From assembly GCA_965204375.1 (NCBI GenBank), contig OZ241986.1:4448001-4512000 (forward strand): 64,000 nucleotides of DNA. The letters run 5' to 3'. This document shows positions 49,287 through 58,927 of the stretch, piece by piece. The DNA is from Candidatus Latescibacterota bacterium (GTDB taxonomy: Bacteria > Latescibacterota > UBA2968). Every line of letters begins with the position of its first letter. Within the stretch, counting starts at the first letter, position 1. The notes under the pieces are model-generated. The model made no database searches. It worked only from the letters and a program-made list of their open reading frames with translations, and was not told the DNA's origin. The translations under genes were made by a program, and so were the position numbers.

Positions 49287-49586
49287 AAATGCTTATTTCC
49301 AAACAAAGAAAAGCGGCTACTCAAAACGCCATGTGCGTATGAACAGCCGCCGAACAAATCTATTCAACGGTGTGTATTTTTGGCAGAGAAAATGAAAATG
49401 ATGGTATGATCCAACGGAAGGTTCATTAGACTTGCCAATCTACTAATGTGTGGATTTATATGGATACCGCGAGAGTCAAAAGTAACAAATTTAAGGCCAG
49501 ATGTCACGCATTTTTTTACATGTGAAAGCTGTCCTAATGTTATGTATTGTAATATAGTTACATAGCTTATAAAATATATCCGCGAG

Positions 49587-51023
49587 TTACCTGCGAAAAC
49601 GACTCAGCCCCTCAGCAGTGCCAAACCAGACATATCCGCCATCTCGAAGAACAACCTGTACCCGCGTGTGTGCAAGACCATCGTACATCGTGTAATGTGT
49701 CCAGAGGTGGCGCGGCACATCCAGAAGAAAAGCTCCTGCGCTCGTGGCAACCCACACCTCATCGTTATTGGCCTCAATTGAGACGCGGTCTCTCCCGCCT
49801 ATCTCGGAGAGGGGATATTCGCGCCAGGTATTATCTCCCGGTCTATATCGCACGGCTGCTGATGGGACGTTTGTAGCAAGCCACAGATCATTGTTGTGCA
49901 TAGCCAGCGCGCGTACCTTTCGTTTGGCAATATTATGGGCCACAGGCCGCCAGGTGCGATCTCCTCGGGCACATTGAAAAAGACCGCTCTCAGTACCTGC
50001 CCATATATAATCGGGACCCGCAACCAGAGCATTGATAATCGCGTATTCGCTACCCTGCACATAGTCGAGCGAGTCTGCTTTAATATCCAGCATCGCCAAA
50101 CCGCGTTCCGATCCAATCCAGAGAATGTCGTTATCGCGTGCCAGTGCCTGCACCTGTCCCCAAAGGCGGGTCTCGCGATAAGTAAACCATTGTCCAGTGC
50201 GTCTGTAATACCGCATCAGACCATTGTGGGTGCCAAACCACACATTCTCACCCCCGGGTAATATCGTAACAATCTGAGGATCATCCAGACCGATGATGCG
50301 GTTAGCCTCAAAATATTCCCACGTATTCGTACCAGAGCGATATCGGGTAATGCCTCGCGCAGGTGCGCGATAAGTGTCCGCACCCCCAATCCACAACACA
50401 TCGCCATCGCGTGCAATAGCAGTGACGTTTTCTTCCAGCGGACCATAAGTGAGAAATGAAAGCTGACCATCGAGGAGTTCGGCCTGCCCCACGCCCAGCC
50501 CCCACGTGGCGATCCAGAGATGGCGCCACGAGTCAATCAACACATCTGTAATCGCATAGTTGCGCCGGGGACCTATGACCTGGTGCTCATCGACATAATA
50601 CCCAAAAGGCGGAAAAATCGGTGGAATTTGGGGAACTGACCGCGGATTGTGGAGATGTGCAGGAGGCCTGCCCCCCGGCATGACGCTCTGTACACCAGTA
50701 AGCCATCGCCCCACACCCGAAGGCGTTTCAAACCACAGGTCACCTGTATCGCTATCATAAGCAATCCGCTGCACCCTATTATCCGGCAGGCCATCGCGGG
50801 TTGTTACCGGGCTCAACCATGTCTTGGCAAACCGATCATAACGGCGAATGCCCCCAGTCGTCGCCACAAAAATGACCGTCGGGCTTTCCGCTATGGACGT
50901 GACGTAATTCATGCTGGTAAAATTTTCCCAGCGATCACGGTCATACGCGGATGAAGGCGCGGAGAGCAGAACGGTCAGAAGCGCGATAGAGAATCGCACT
51001 GCACGTCGGTAAATTAAAAACAT
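49587..51023 (-). CDS. Secreted beta-propeller (Reg_prop-like) protein
   Basis: Signal peptide; repeated DGLPDNRV, LWIATWG.G, VWFGT..GL blades. Confidence 0.8.
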   Translation of the reverse strand: MFLIYRRAVRFSIALLTVLLSAPSSAYDRDRWENFTSMNYVTSIAESPTVIFVATTGGIRRYDRFAKTWLSPVTTRDGLPDNRVQRIAYDSDTGDLWFETPSGVGRWLTGVQSVMPGGRPPAHLHNPRSVPQIPPIFPPFGYYVDEHQVIGPRRNYAITDVLIDSWRHLWIATWGLGVGQAELLDGQLSFLTYGPLEENVTAIARDGDVLWIGGADTYRAPARGITRYRSGTNTWEYFEANRIIGLDDPQIVTILPGGENVWFGTHNGLMRYYRRTGQWFTYRETRLWGQVQALARDNDILWIGSERGLAMLDIKADSLDYVQGSEYAIINALVAGPDYIWAGTESGLFQCARGDRTWRPVAHNIAKRKVRALAMHNNDLWLATNVPSAAVRYRPGDNTWREYPLSEIGGRDRVSIEANNDEVWVATSAGAFLLDVPRHLWTHYTMYDGLAHTRVQVVLRDGGYVWFGTAEGLSRFRR

Positions 51024-52279
51024 TACAACTCATCCAAATCAATATAGGCGTCTTTATTTCCTTGTTCTCTGTCTTTTTCTGCACGACGTAAATCTTTAAT
51101 AGCTTTGTCATCCAATGGGATCTCGAACATAGCACTCGCCGCCTCAAATTCGGGTATCGATGTCTTGCCATTGAGACTGAGTTCAGACAAAATGCGCCCC
51201 GTGAGCGGCCCGAACTTAAAACCGTGCCCTGAAAAGCCCGCGCCGATAACCACATTGGGATTATCTGGATGGACATCCAGAATAAAATCCTCAGTACCCG
51301 TATTGGTATAAAGACACGTCTCCCAATCGAGAAACCGCTCAACCGGCGGAACAAATTGCTCTTTAATAAATACGCGAAGATCCTCAATCGCGTCTTCCGG
51401 CATCTGCGTGGGCACATCGTCGGGGTCGTCGTCAACGCCACTGACAATATGTTTGGCCAGCTTGATCCCCTCGCGTCCAAATTGCGGAAGACCGTAATAA
51501 CTAATATCGCCTTTTTGCAGAAGATAACCCCAAACCGGAAAAGCCCCGGGTTGAAATTCCTCCCGCGCCCCCTCAAGCTGGAAAAACCCAACCGTCTGAC
51601 GCGCCACAGCAACCCGCGACTTGAGAACCGGAAGCAGGTGAGACACCCAAGGACCAGCCGTCACAATCAGGCGTTCCGTCTCAAAATCCCCCGCAGAAGT
51701 CTCTACGCGAATGGGATCTCGGGTAATGTCAACGCACTGCACAGTCGTATTTTCCCGGATCCCCCCATCCCAACTGCGAATCAGATCGATAAGAGACTGA
51801 ACAGCCTGCGCGGCAGCCACAAGCCCGGCTGTACGATCGTACAGAACACCCGCAGCATCTTCAAAGCGAAAAACCGGAAAGCGTTTCCGCCCCTCTTCGG
51901 GCGTGAGAGTTTCAACATCCACACCCACCTCTGTCACAGCCTCGGCATAGCTCGTGTATTTTCCCCCAGGCGGACCAAAAAAACAGCCCGGCGTGGGATA
52001 GATAAGCTGAACGCCAGCATCGCGCTCGAGTTGGGGCCACGACTCCCCGTGTGCAATTTGCATAAGACGCACATAATCTGCATTCACATAAGCACTGCGG
52101 GTAATGCGCGAATCCCCATGTGAACTGCCCCGACCGTGAGCGAGTCCAAATTGTTCAATCAGCCCAACATCGCGTATGCCCTGACGCAAAAGATGATAGC
52201 ATGTACACAGGCCATTAATCCCCGCGCCAATAATAAGTGTGTGGTATGTAGAAGACATCGTTTTCTCGGGAAGAACCAA
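51023..52279 (-). CDS. solA: Monomeric sarcosine oxidase / N-methyltryptophan oxidase family
   Basis: IIGAGING, GSSHGDSRITR, CLYTNT..DFILD.HP, GFSGHGFKF. Confidence 0.85.
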   Translation of the reverse strand: MVLPEKTMSSTYHTLIIGAGINGLCTCYHLLRQGIRDVGLIEQFGLAHGRGSSHGDSRITRSAYVNADYVRLMQIAHGESWPQLERDAGVQLIYPTPGCFFGPPGGKYTSYAEAVTEVGVDVETLTPEEGRKRFPVFRFEDAAGVLYDRTAGLVAAAQAVQSLIDLIRSWDGGIRENTTVQCVDITRDPIRVETSAGDFETERLIVTAGPWVSHLLPVLKSRVAVARQTVGFFQLEGAREEFQPGAFPVWGYLLQKGDISYYGLPQFGREGIKLAKHIVSGVDDDPDDVPTQMPEDAIEDLRVFIKEQFVPPVERFLDWETCLYTNTGTEDFILDVHPDNPNVVIGAGFSGHGFKFGPLTGRILSELSLNGKTSIPEFEAASAMFEIPLDDKAIKDLRRAEKDREQGNKDAYIDLDEL

Positions 52280-52467
52280 ATGTTTATCCTCTCCAATATA
52301 CCGAAACCCGCAACGCGTTTCCAGCGTGAAATAACATCAGTCTGAGCGTGACACACCTGCCATTATGACTGAAATCGGGTAGCAAAATCGGCACCCCTTG
52401 GATTAAATATTGGAACAAAAATTGGTATTTAGTTGTAAATAAAGTAATTAGCTAAATTTAAAATTTC

Positions 52468-52483
52468 AGGCACGGATATTGCT
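52468..52483 (+). promoter_or_regulatory. Sigma54-type promoter upstream of lon
   Basis: AGGCAC-GGATA-TTGCT with exact GG-N10-GC spacing, AT-rich upstream. Confidence 0.7.
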
Positions 52484-52531
52484 TAAAAAATGGTAAAGTT
52501 AATACACCACCATTCCAAGGAGCATCTGATC

Positions 52532-54934
52532 ATGCCAAACGACAACCCCCTCACAAGCGTAAACGCAATCGAAGCGTATAGCATCCCCTCTGAATTACCC
52601 ATGCTCGTAACATCAGAAGTGGTGATTTATCCCCTGATGGCTGCCCCCTTGTTATTGGAAGACGAACGCGCAGTAAAAGCCGCGCAAGCGGCAATAGACG
52701 CCGGGCACAAAGTACTCGCCATCTTTGGAGAACTGGAAGAAAGCGATGCCGAAGAAGACATCCGCCGAGAGTCTCTATATCCCGTAGGCACTGCAATCTA
52801 CATTGCGCGATCGGCGGAAATGCCCGATGGCCGCATGCAAGTACTCGTACAGGGCATGGCGCGACTGGCACTCGTAGATGTATTGCAATCGCAACCTTAT
52901 CCCGTGGCGAAAGTCGAGAAGGTAGCGTCAGACATAGAACACAACACAGAACTGGAAGCTCTCGCGCGCAACATATTCGGCCAGTTCAAAAAAGCCGTAG
53001 CACTCGCCCCCAATGTACCCAGAGAAGTCGGGGAAGCCCTGGACGCCCTCTCAGAAATATCCCACAAGGCAGACTTCATCGCCTCACAACTCAATGTGGA
53101 TTTTGAAGAGCAACAAAAAATACTAACCGAGCGCAATCTGTACCGACGACTGGAAGCCATCAATCAATGCTTAAATCGCGAAGTTGAAATTCTGGAACTG
53201 CGGGAAAAAATCAGCTCGGAAGCCGCGGGATCCATGGAAGATGCACAAAAAGAGTACTTTTTGCGCCAGCAACTGCGGGCAATTCAAGATGAACTGGGCG
53301 AAGGAGAGGATATCGGCGTCGAAATCGAAGAACTGCGCGAAAAGATCGAAGCCGCCAGCATGTCCGAAGAAGCAAAAACAGAAGCCGAGCGAGAACTAAA
53401 ACGCATGGCGCGCATGCCCGAAGCCTCTGCCGAATACACCGTATCGCGCACCTATCTGGACTGGCTCGTCGAACTCCCCTGGAACAAAAAGACAAGCGAT
53501 CAATTAGACATCGCAAAAGCCGAGCGCGTCTTGAACGCAGACCACTATGGATTGGAAAAACCCAAAGAGCGCATCCTGGAGTACCTGTCCGTGCGCCAAT
53601 TAAAAGACGACATGCGCGGGCCTATTTTGTTACTCGTCGGCCCCCCGGGCACCGGCAAAACATCACTGGGCAAATCCGTCGCACGCGCACTCAACCGCGA
53701 ATTTGTCAGAATGTCATTGGGCGGCATCCGCGACGAATCGGAAATCCGAGGACACCGCCGCACCTACATCGGCGCACTGCCCGGACGCATCATACAGGGC
53801 TTGCGACGCGCCGGCACAAAAAACCCTGTATTTATGCTGGATGAAATCGACAAACTCGGCACGGATTTTCGCGGCGATCCCTCCGCAGCACTGCTGGAAG
53901 TCCTGGACCCGGCGCAAAACAACACCTTTGTGGATCACTACCTCGACGTCGCCTTTGACCTCTCAGAAGTCTTATTCCTCGCCACTGCCAACTCGCTCCA
54001 CACAATCCCACCGGCACTCATGGACCGGATGGAAGTACTGGAAGTCTCGGGATATACCGAGGCCGAAAAAATGGAAATCGCGCGTCGGTATCTGGTCAAA
54101 CGCCAGATCTCAGAACACGGATTGACCCCCCAAAAAGCATCCTTCGACAAAGCCGCCCTGCAAGAAGTGATCCAGCACTACACCCGCGAGGCCGGCGTGC
54201 GAAATCTGGAGCGCGAAATTGCAACCGTAGCGCGCAAAGTAGCCCGCAAATTCGCCCAGGGCCGCAAACGGCGCGTACACATCCATCAAAAAAACATCGC
54301 CGAATATCTGGGACCACAAAAATTCCGCCACGAAGTAGCCGAAGAAGATCACGAAGTGGGAGTTGCCGCTGGCCTGGCCGTAACATCTACCGGTGGTGAT
54401 GTCCTCTTTGTCGAAGCAACAGTCATACCCGGTAAAGGCGAGTTAAATCTAACCGGACAGGTCGGCGACGTAATGAAAGAATCTGCGCATGCAGCCATGA
54501 CCTATGTGCGATCGCGCTGGCATGAACTGGGCCTAAACGCGCAGTTTAACGAAAAAAAAGATGTACACGTCCACGTACCCGCAGGCGCCGTGCCCAAAGA
54601 CGGCCCCTCGGCAGGCATTACCATGGCAACCGTACTCGCATCGGTATTCACCAATCGGCCTATCCGAAAAGACGTGGCAATGACAGGCGAAATTACACTG
54701 CGCGGCAAAGTACTGCCCATCGGCGGCGTACGCGATAAAGTCCTATCAGCACACCGCGCAGGTGTAAAAACAGTAATCCTACCCGAAGAGAACCGCAAAG
54801 ATACACACGAAATACCCGACACAGCGCGCAAAGACATAAGAATAGTATTTGCATCTCACATGGATCAAGTTCTGGAAACCGCCCTCATGAAACGCCCCCG
54901 CAAGCCAATGGTCGATGTGGTGAGTATGAATTGA
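52532..54934 (+). CDS. lon: ATP-dependent protease La
   Basis: LON N-domain, GPPGTGKT, RGHRRTYIGALPG, PKDGPSAG, GGVRDK; AAGGAG RBS. Confidence 0.97.
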   Translation: MPNDNPLTSVNAIEAYSIPSELPMLVTSEVVIYPLMAAPLLLEDERAVKAAQAAIDAGHKVLAIFGELEESDAEEDIRRESLYPVGTAIYIARSAEMPDGRMQVLVQGMARLALVDVLQSQPYPVAKVEKVASDIEHNTELEALARNIFGQFKKAVALAPNVPREVGEALDALSEISHKADFIASQLNVDFEEQQKILTERNLYRRLEAINQCLNREVEILELREKISSEAAGSMEDAQKEYFLRQQLRAIQDELGEGEDIGVEIEELREKIEAASMSEEAKTEAERELKRMARMPEASAEYTVSRTYLDWLVELPWNKKTSDQLDIAKAERVLNADHYGLEKPKERILEYLSVRQLKDDMRGPILLLVGPPGTGKTSLGKSVARALNREFVRMSLGGIRDESEIRGHRRTYIGALPGRIIQGLRRAGTKNPVFMLDEIDKLGTDFRGDPSAALLEVLDPAQNNTFVDHYLDVAFDLSEVLFLATANSLHTIPPALMDRMEVLEVSGYTEAEKMEIARRYLVKRQISEHGLTPQKASFDKAALQEVIQHYTREAGVRNLEREIATVARKVARKFAQGRKRRVHIHQKNIAEYLGPQKFRHEVAEEDHEVGVAAGLAVTSTGGDVLFVEATVIPGKGELNLTGQVGDVMKESAHAAMTYVRSRWHELGLNAQFNEKKDVHVHVPAGAVPKDGPSAGITMATVLASVFTNRPIRKDVAMTGEITLRGKVLPIGGVRDKVLSAHRAGVKTVILPEENRKDTHEIPDTARKDIRIVFASHMDQVLETALMKRPRKPMVDVVSMN

Positions 54935-54941
54935 TCTCTTC

Positions 54942-55433
54942 TCACCCTTCAAAATACTCCACAAACTTCTCAAAAACAGGTTCCGGAACATAGCGTCTCA
55001 CAACATCTTGCCAGCCATCGGGCCCCACCAGCCCTTTGATAAAACTGGAACTGATCTCCGCAATCTCGCGCGGGGGCATCAAAAAGATAGTCTTAATCGT
55101 ATCGTCGAGATCGCTATTGATATAGCGCATCCTGCGTTCAAACTCATAATCGCTCTGCGTGCGAATACCCCGCACAATATAACCCGCCCCAATGCCGCGT
55201 GCATAATTGACCAGGAATTGATTTTCGTAACTGGCGACCGCGACATTGTCGAACTGCGACGTGGTCTCACAAAGCAGATCCAGCCTTTCCTCAAGTGAAA
55301 ACGTATAGTCTTTATCCGGATTGATCCCAATAGCGACAACGAGCTGATCGAAAAGCTGCGCAGCCTCCTGAATAACCCACAAATGGCCGTGAGTAACCGG
55401 ATCAAAACTGGCGGCATAAACGGCTTTTTTCAT
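54942..55433 (-). CDS. coaD: Pantetheine-phosphate adenylyltransferase
   Basis: [30 protein letters not shown]. Confidence 0.95.
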   Translation of the reverse strand: MKKAVYAASFDPVTHGHLWVIQEAAQLFDQLVVAIGINPDKDYTFSLEERLDLLCETTSQFDNVAVASYENQFLVNYARGIGAGYIVRGIRTQSDYEFERRMRYINSDLDDTIKTIFLMPPREIAEISSSFIKGLVGPDGWQDVVRRYVPEPVFEKFVEYFEG

Positions 55434-55441
55434 CGTTTTCC

Positions 55442-56146
55442 TCATGAAATATCGGTGAGTGCCCAGGCAATAAGGCCGAAAGTAATGAGTTGTGGTCGGC
55501 GGTCTTCATCCAGCAAATAGTGGACGGGCAAGATACCTTCGCCAGATTGAACAAACGTTTTATAAGAGCTGGTAGAGAGTTCAACTGACCCGTCGGAAAC
55601 GAGCTTGTGATTGGATCGCAAGAGGGACAGATCTTGAATCAGATCAAATTCCATTGGCAGGGGATGCTTTCCACATAGCAAAATGTGGGGAAGTGTCCAA
55701 TGGCTGAAGACCGAACGCATTGCGCGGTATTTGTATGCACCATCTCCCGACTGGATATGACCATTGTTATTTTCCCAGCTTTCGCGCAGTTCAGAAATCG
55801 GAATCGGCTTACCCTCGGCATCGGCGCGATAAGTGTGCAGCGTCCAGGATTTGAGGGTATCGTCGGGATTGCAGATCACATCCGCGTCAAAAATAGTCGG
55901 CTCGCCGCCAATGCGGGTTTGCTGGCGGATGCGATACGCCCCGCCCTGTCCGCGCCCAATAGTCACCGAGCCATACACGCTATTGGGACAAGGCGGCGGT
56001 TGCGCGGGCGCGAAGGACCAGTTGAGAATATCGTAAGTGAGCGTGGCGCACTCGGCATCCACGATAGACGTCTGGACCGGCGTGAAACCCGCGAGAAAAT
56101 CTCGGATAGGTTGAACGGCATAGGGGCCAATAGTGTCAATTGCCAT
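55442..56146 (-). CDS. Hypothetical protein
   Basis: ORF fills the gap between the sulfatase and coaD with tight spacing. Confidence 0.65.
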   Translation of the reverse strand: MAIDTIGPYAVQPIRDFLAGFTPVQTSIVDAECATLTYDILNWSFAPAQPPPCPNSVYGSVTIGRGQGGAYRIRQQTRIGGEPTIFDADVICNPDDTLKSWTLHTYRADAEGKPIPISELRESWENNNGHIQSGDGAYKYRAMRSVFSHWTLPHILLCGKHPLPMEFDLIQDLSLLRSNHKLVSDGSVELSTSSYKTFVQSGEGILPVHYLLDEDRRPQLITFGLIAWALTDIS

Positions 56147-56150
56147 GGGG

Positions 56151-57458
56151 TCAGGCCTCGTTGAGAACGGAAAGATACCAGTCGATATAGTCGCGATAGA
56201 CATTGCCGCGCTTCAGCCTGCCGAGATCGTTTTCTGGTTCGGGATACATTTCAATTTGGGATATGTACTCGCGAAAATGTGCCCGATGGCGTGCGACAAT
56301 ATCTGCACAGTGCGCTTCATCGGCGAGGTCTTGTGTTTCGAGCGGATCGTTTTCAAGATCGTAGAGACGCGTATTATCCCGTTCAATAATACTTTTGTAG
56401 CGCACATCGCGCACGGCAACCGATAGCCGACCAATAGAAGTCTCACCGATGACATAGGTGCGCCACGGGACATCGCGCCGTTCAAAAATGGGACGCAATG
56501 AACGCGCAATAGTGGTCTTAGGCAAGGGCGGCGCGCCAGCATAGTCGCATATCGTGGCGGGAATATCGACGCCAGAGATGAGGTGCTCGGCATCCCGCAC
56601 GCCTTCGGGAATACGCCCGGGCCACCACGAAATGGTGGGAACGCGAAACGCTTCTTCTTCGAGAAAGCCCTTGCTGGTATTGCTGTGAAAGCCGAGGCCA
56701 TCGCCGTGGTCAGAGGCAAAGATGACGAGGGTATTGCCAGCGTAAGGCGATGCGCGAAGGGCGTGCATAACGCGGCCGACTTCGGCGTCAACCATCTCGA
56801 CCATACGATAATACTGATAAATGTAATACTGCCAATCGCGGCGCGACCAGTGGCGAGTACTGGGCCGACCGCGCCCGGCATATTCGTCATCGAAATTGTC
56901 CGGAAGAGGCGGGAGATCGCCCTCAATTTTCGATGCAAAACCGTATTTGCCCGGGCCGCCGTGGGACATCGCGGGAAAGCAGCAATCGTGCGGGTTGAGA
57001 AATCCAACGCTCAAAAAGAAGGGTTTATCAGACGTGCGATTTTTCAGATAGGCGACAGCTGATCGGGCGACATTGCCGTCGTTGAGTTCTCCCATACCGT
57101 GCTGGGGTTGCAACACGTCAAAACTCGCGTGCAAATCGCGTCCCGTGACGTGCCATTTGCCCGTGTACACACACTCATAGTCTTCGCGGCGCAGCCACTG
57201 GCCCAGATCTGGAATATTGGGATCAATGGGATAGGAATTGACGACAACGCCGTGTTCTTTGGACATGCGCCCCGTGTACCAACACGCGCGCGATGGACAA
57301 CACTGGGGCATGGCGCAATAGGCATTGGTGAACGTATAGCCCTCGCGCACGAGTTCGTCAATAGCAGGCGTGTGTACGTATTCACAGCCGAGCGCAGAGA
57401 TCGCATCGGCGTGCATTTGATCGACGTGTATAAAGAGAATATTGGGTTTCATAAGCAT
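56151..57458 (-). CDS. Cys-type (formylglycine) sulfatase
   Basis: PNILFIHVDQ, CCPSRACWYTG (CxPxR), GKWH, SDHGD, LYDLENDPLE. Confidence 0.95.
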   Translation of the reverse strand: MLMKPNILFIHVDQMHADAISALGCEYVHTPAIDELVREGYTFTNAYCAMPQCCPSRACWYTGRMSKEHGVVVNSYPIDPNIPDLGQWLRREDYECVYTGKWHVTGRDLHASFDVLQPQHGMGELNDGNVARSAVAYLKNRTSDKPFFLSVGFLNPHDCCFPAMSHGGPGKYGFASKIEGDLPPLPDNFDDEYAGRGRPSTRHWSRRDWQYYIYQYYRMVEMVDAEVGRVMHALRASPYAGNTLVIFASDHGDGLGFHSNTSKGFLEEEAFRVPTISWWPGRIPEGVRDAEHLISGVDIPATICDYAGAPPLPKTTIARSLRPIFERRDVPWRTYVIGETSIGRLSVAVRDVRYKSIIERDNTRLYDLENDPLETQDLADEAHCADIVARHRAHFREYISQIEMYPEPENDLGRLKRGNVYRDYIDWYLSVLNEA

Positions 57459-58909
57459 TATTGTTGAGCCACGAGGCGGTCTTCATTGAGCAAATTGCCA
57501 TCCACCCCAAAATGTCGAAAAATGAGAACGGGAACATCGTTCTCGCGATCCACCACACCCTCCAGAAAACCACCGATAACATTGAGATAGCGGTGCTCGG
57601 GCAACCGCTTATCATTAGACCATCCGCCGGCGTGTTCATCGCTGGCAGGACCACAGGAATATTCTCGCACACCTGTTTCCCCATCAACAGAAACGTATTG
57701 CCAGTGCCGGTCTCCGCAAACAACGACCATATTTTTTTGCCCGGCGATAAACTGGCGCAACTCATCCCCTTCATGCGAGAACCCCTCATTGGCGTGATTG
57801 TCATTTTTTCTCTCGCGGTCGGGACCAACCACTGGCGTGGGACTAATGAGAACGCGGAACGTGGCATCGGAAGCTCGCACAGTATCTTTAAACCAGGCCT
57901 TTTGCTCCTTTCCCCAGATGGTCTTCTCAGGACCATCTGCCATAGGATTGGGGCTTCGAAAATCGCGGCCCTCAACCATCCAGATCTGCAAATCTTTACC
58001 CCAGCGCACCGTTCGATACGTGCGGTCACCCATCCCAACCTGCTCCCGAAAAACAGCCAGACCCTGCTCAAAGGTAAATTCGCCCATAAATAGCGTCTGT
58101 TGCCCCGGCCAACAATCATTCATCCAGGTATCGTGATCGTCCTTAATAAAATAACTGGCAACCTCCCGGTGAAATGCGACATTGGTAGGCAGACTGTACA
58201 TCCGCGCCCAGTGCCACCGCGCCAGAGACAGATTCTTTGCCCGGCTGTCGTAATAGACAATATCGCCTGCATGCACAAAAAAATCGGGATCGCGCTTTAA
58301 TATACTCGCGTAAATGCGATAGCCCCCCTCAGGTGCATCTTGATCGCCATAAGCCTGACAGGTAGAAACGTGAAAAACAACACGGGCAGATTGATCTACA
58401 GAAGGTGCCGTGCGAAAACGCCCCGAGACCATTTGTCCATCTGTCGCTCCGCGAGACTGCACCTCAATTTGATAGCGCGTACCCGGCTTTAGATCCATCA
58501 GCTTGATCTGCCGCGTAAAATCGCGACCGGGATCCACAGCCCCCCAGGGCGTACTCTTCCAGTCATCGGACCCTTCAATCGCATACCGCACGCGCACATC
58601 CCCCAACGTACCGGGAACCGCCCCCTCAATCGTATGGATATCGGAACTATCGGGAAATAGAACAACGGGTTTCAGAGAACGTCGCCCCTGGCGCCGTTCC
58701 AATTCACCCGTCTCGGGATTTCGATAGCGCACAGTGGGCCTGGGATGACTTTTATCCATCCGCTGTGGAATTTTGGTCAAACGCGTCCAGACAATCGCAC
58801 TGGTCTGATCCACCTCGCAAATTTTAATCCCCGTAGCCTGATAAGGACCACTACCATAGCTATTGGCAAACAGTGCCAACATGCAAAAACCGGCAAATAG
58901 CGTCTTCAT
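57458..58909 (-). CDS. PhoD-family alkaline phosphatase/phosphodiesterase
   Basis: AIVWTR, GRFRTAP, FFVHAGDIVYYD, KDDHD, CGDRHWQY. Confidence 0.88.
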   Translation of the reverse strand: MKTLFAGFCMLALFANSYGSGPYQATGIKICEVDQTSAIVWTRLTKIPQRMDKSHPRPTVRYRNPETGELERRQGRRSLKPVVLFPDSSDIHTIEGAVPGTLGDVRVRYAIEGSDDWKSTPWGAVDPGRDFTRQIKLMDLKPGTRYQIEVQSRGATDGQMVSGRFRTAPSVDQSARVVFHVSTCQAYGDQDAPEGGYRIYASILKRDPDFFVHAGDIVYYDSRAKNLSLARWHWARMYSLPTNVAFHREVASYFIKDDHDTWMNDCWPGQQTLFMGEFTFEQGLAVFREQVGMGDRTYRTVRWGKDLQIWMVEGRDFRSPNPMADGPEKTIWGKEQKAWFKDTVRASDATFRVLISPTPVVGPDRERKNDNHANEGFSHEGDELRQFIAGQKNMVVVCGDRHWQYVSVDGETGVREYSCGPASDEHAGGWSNDKRLPEHRYLNVIGGFLEGVVDRENDVPVLIFRHFGVDGNLLNEDRLVAQQ

Positions 58910-58927
58910 TCATTCTTCTCCTGTGGT

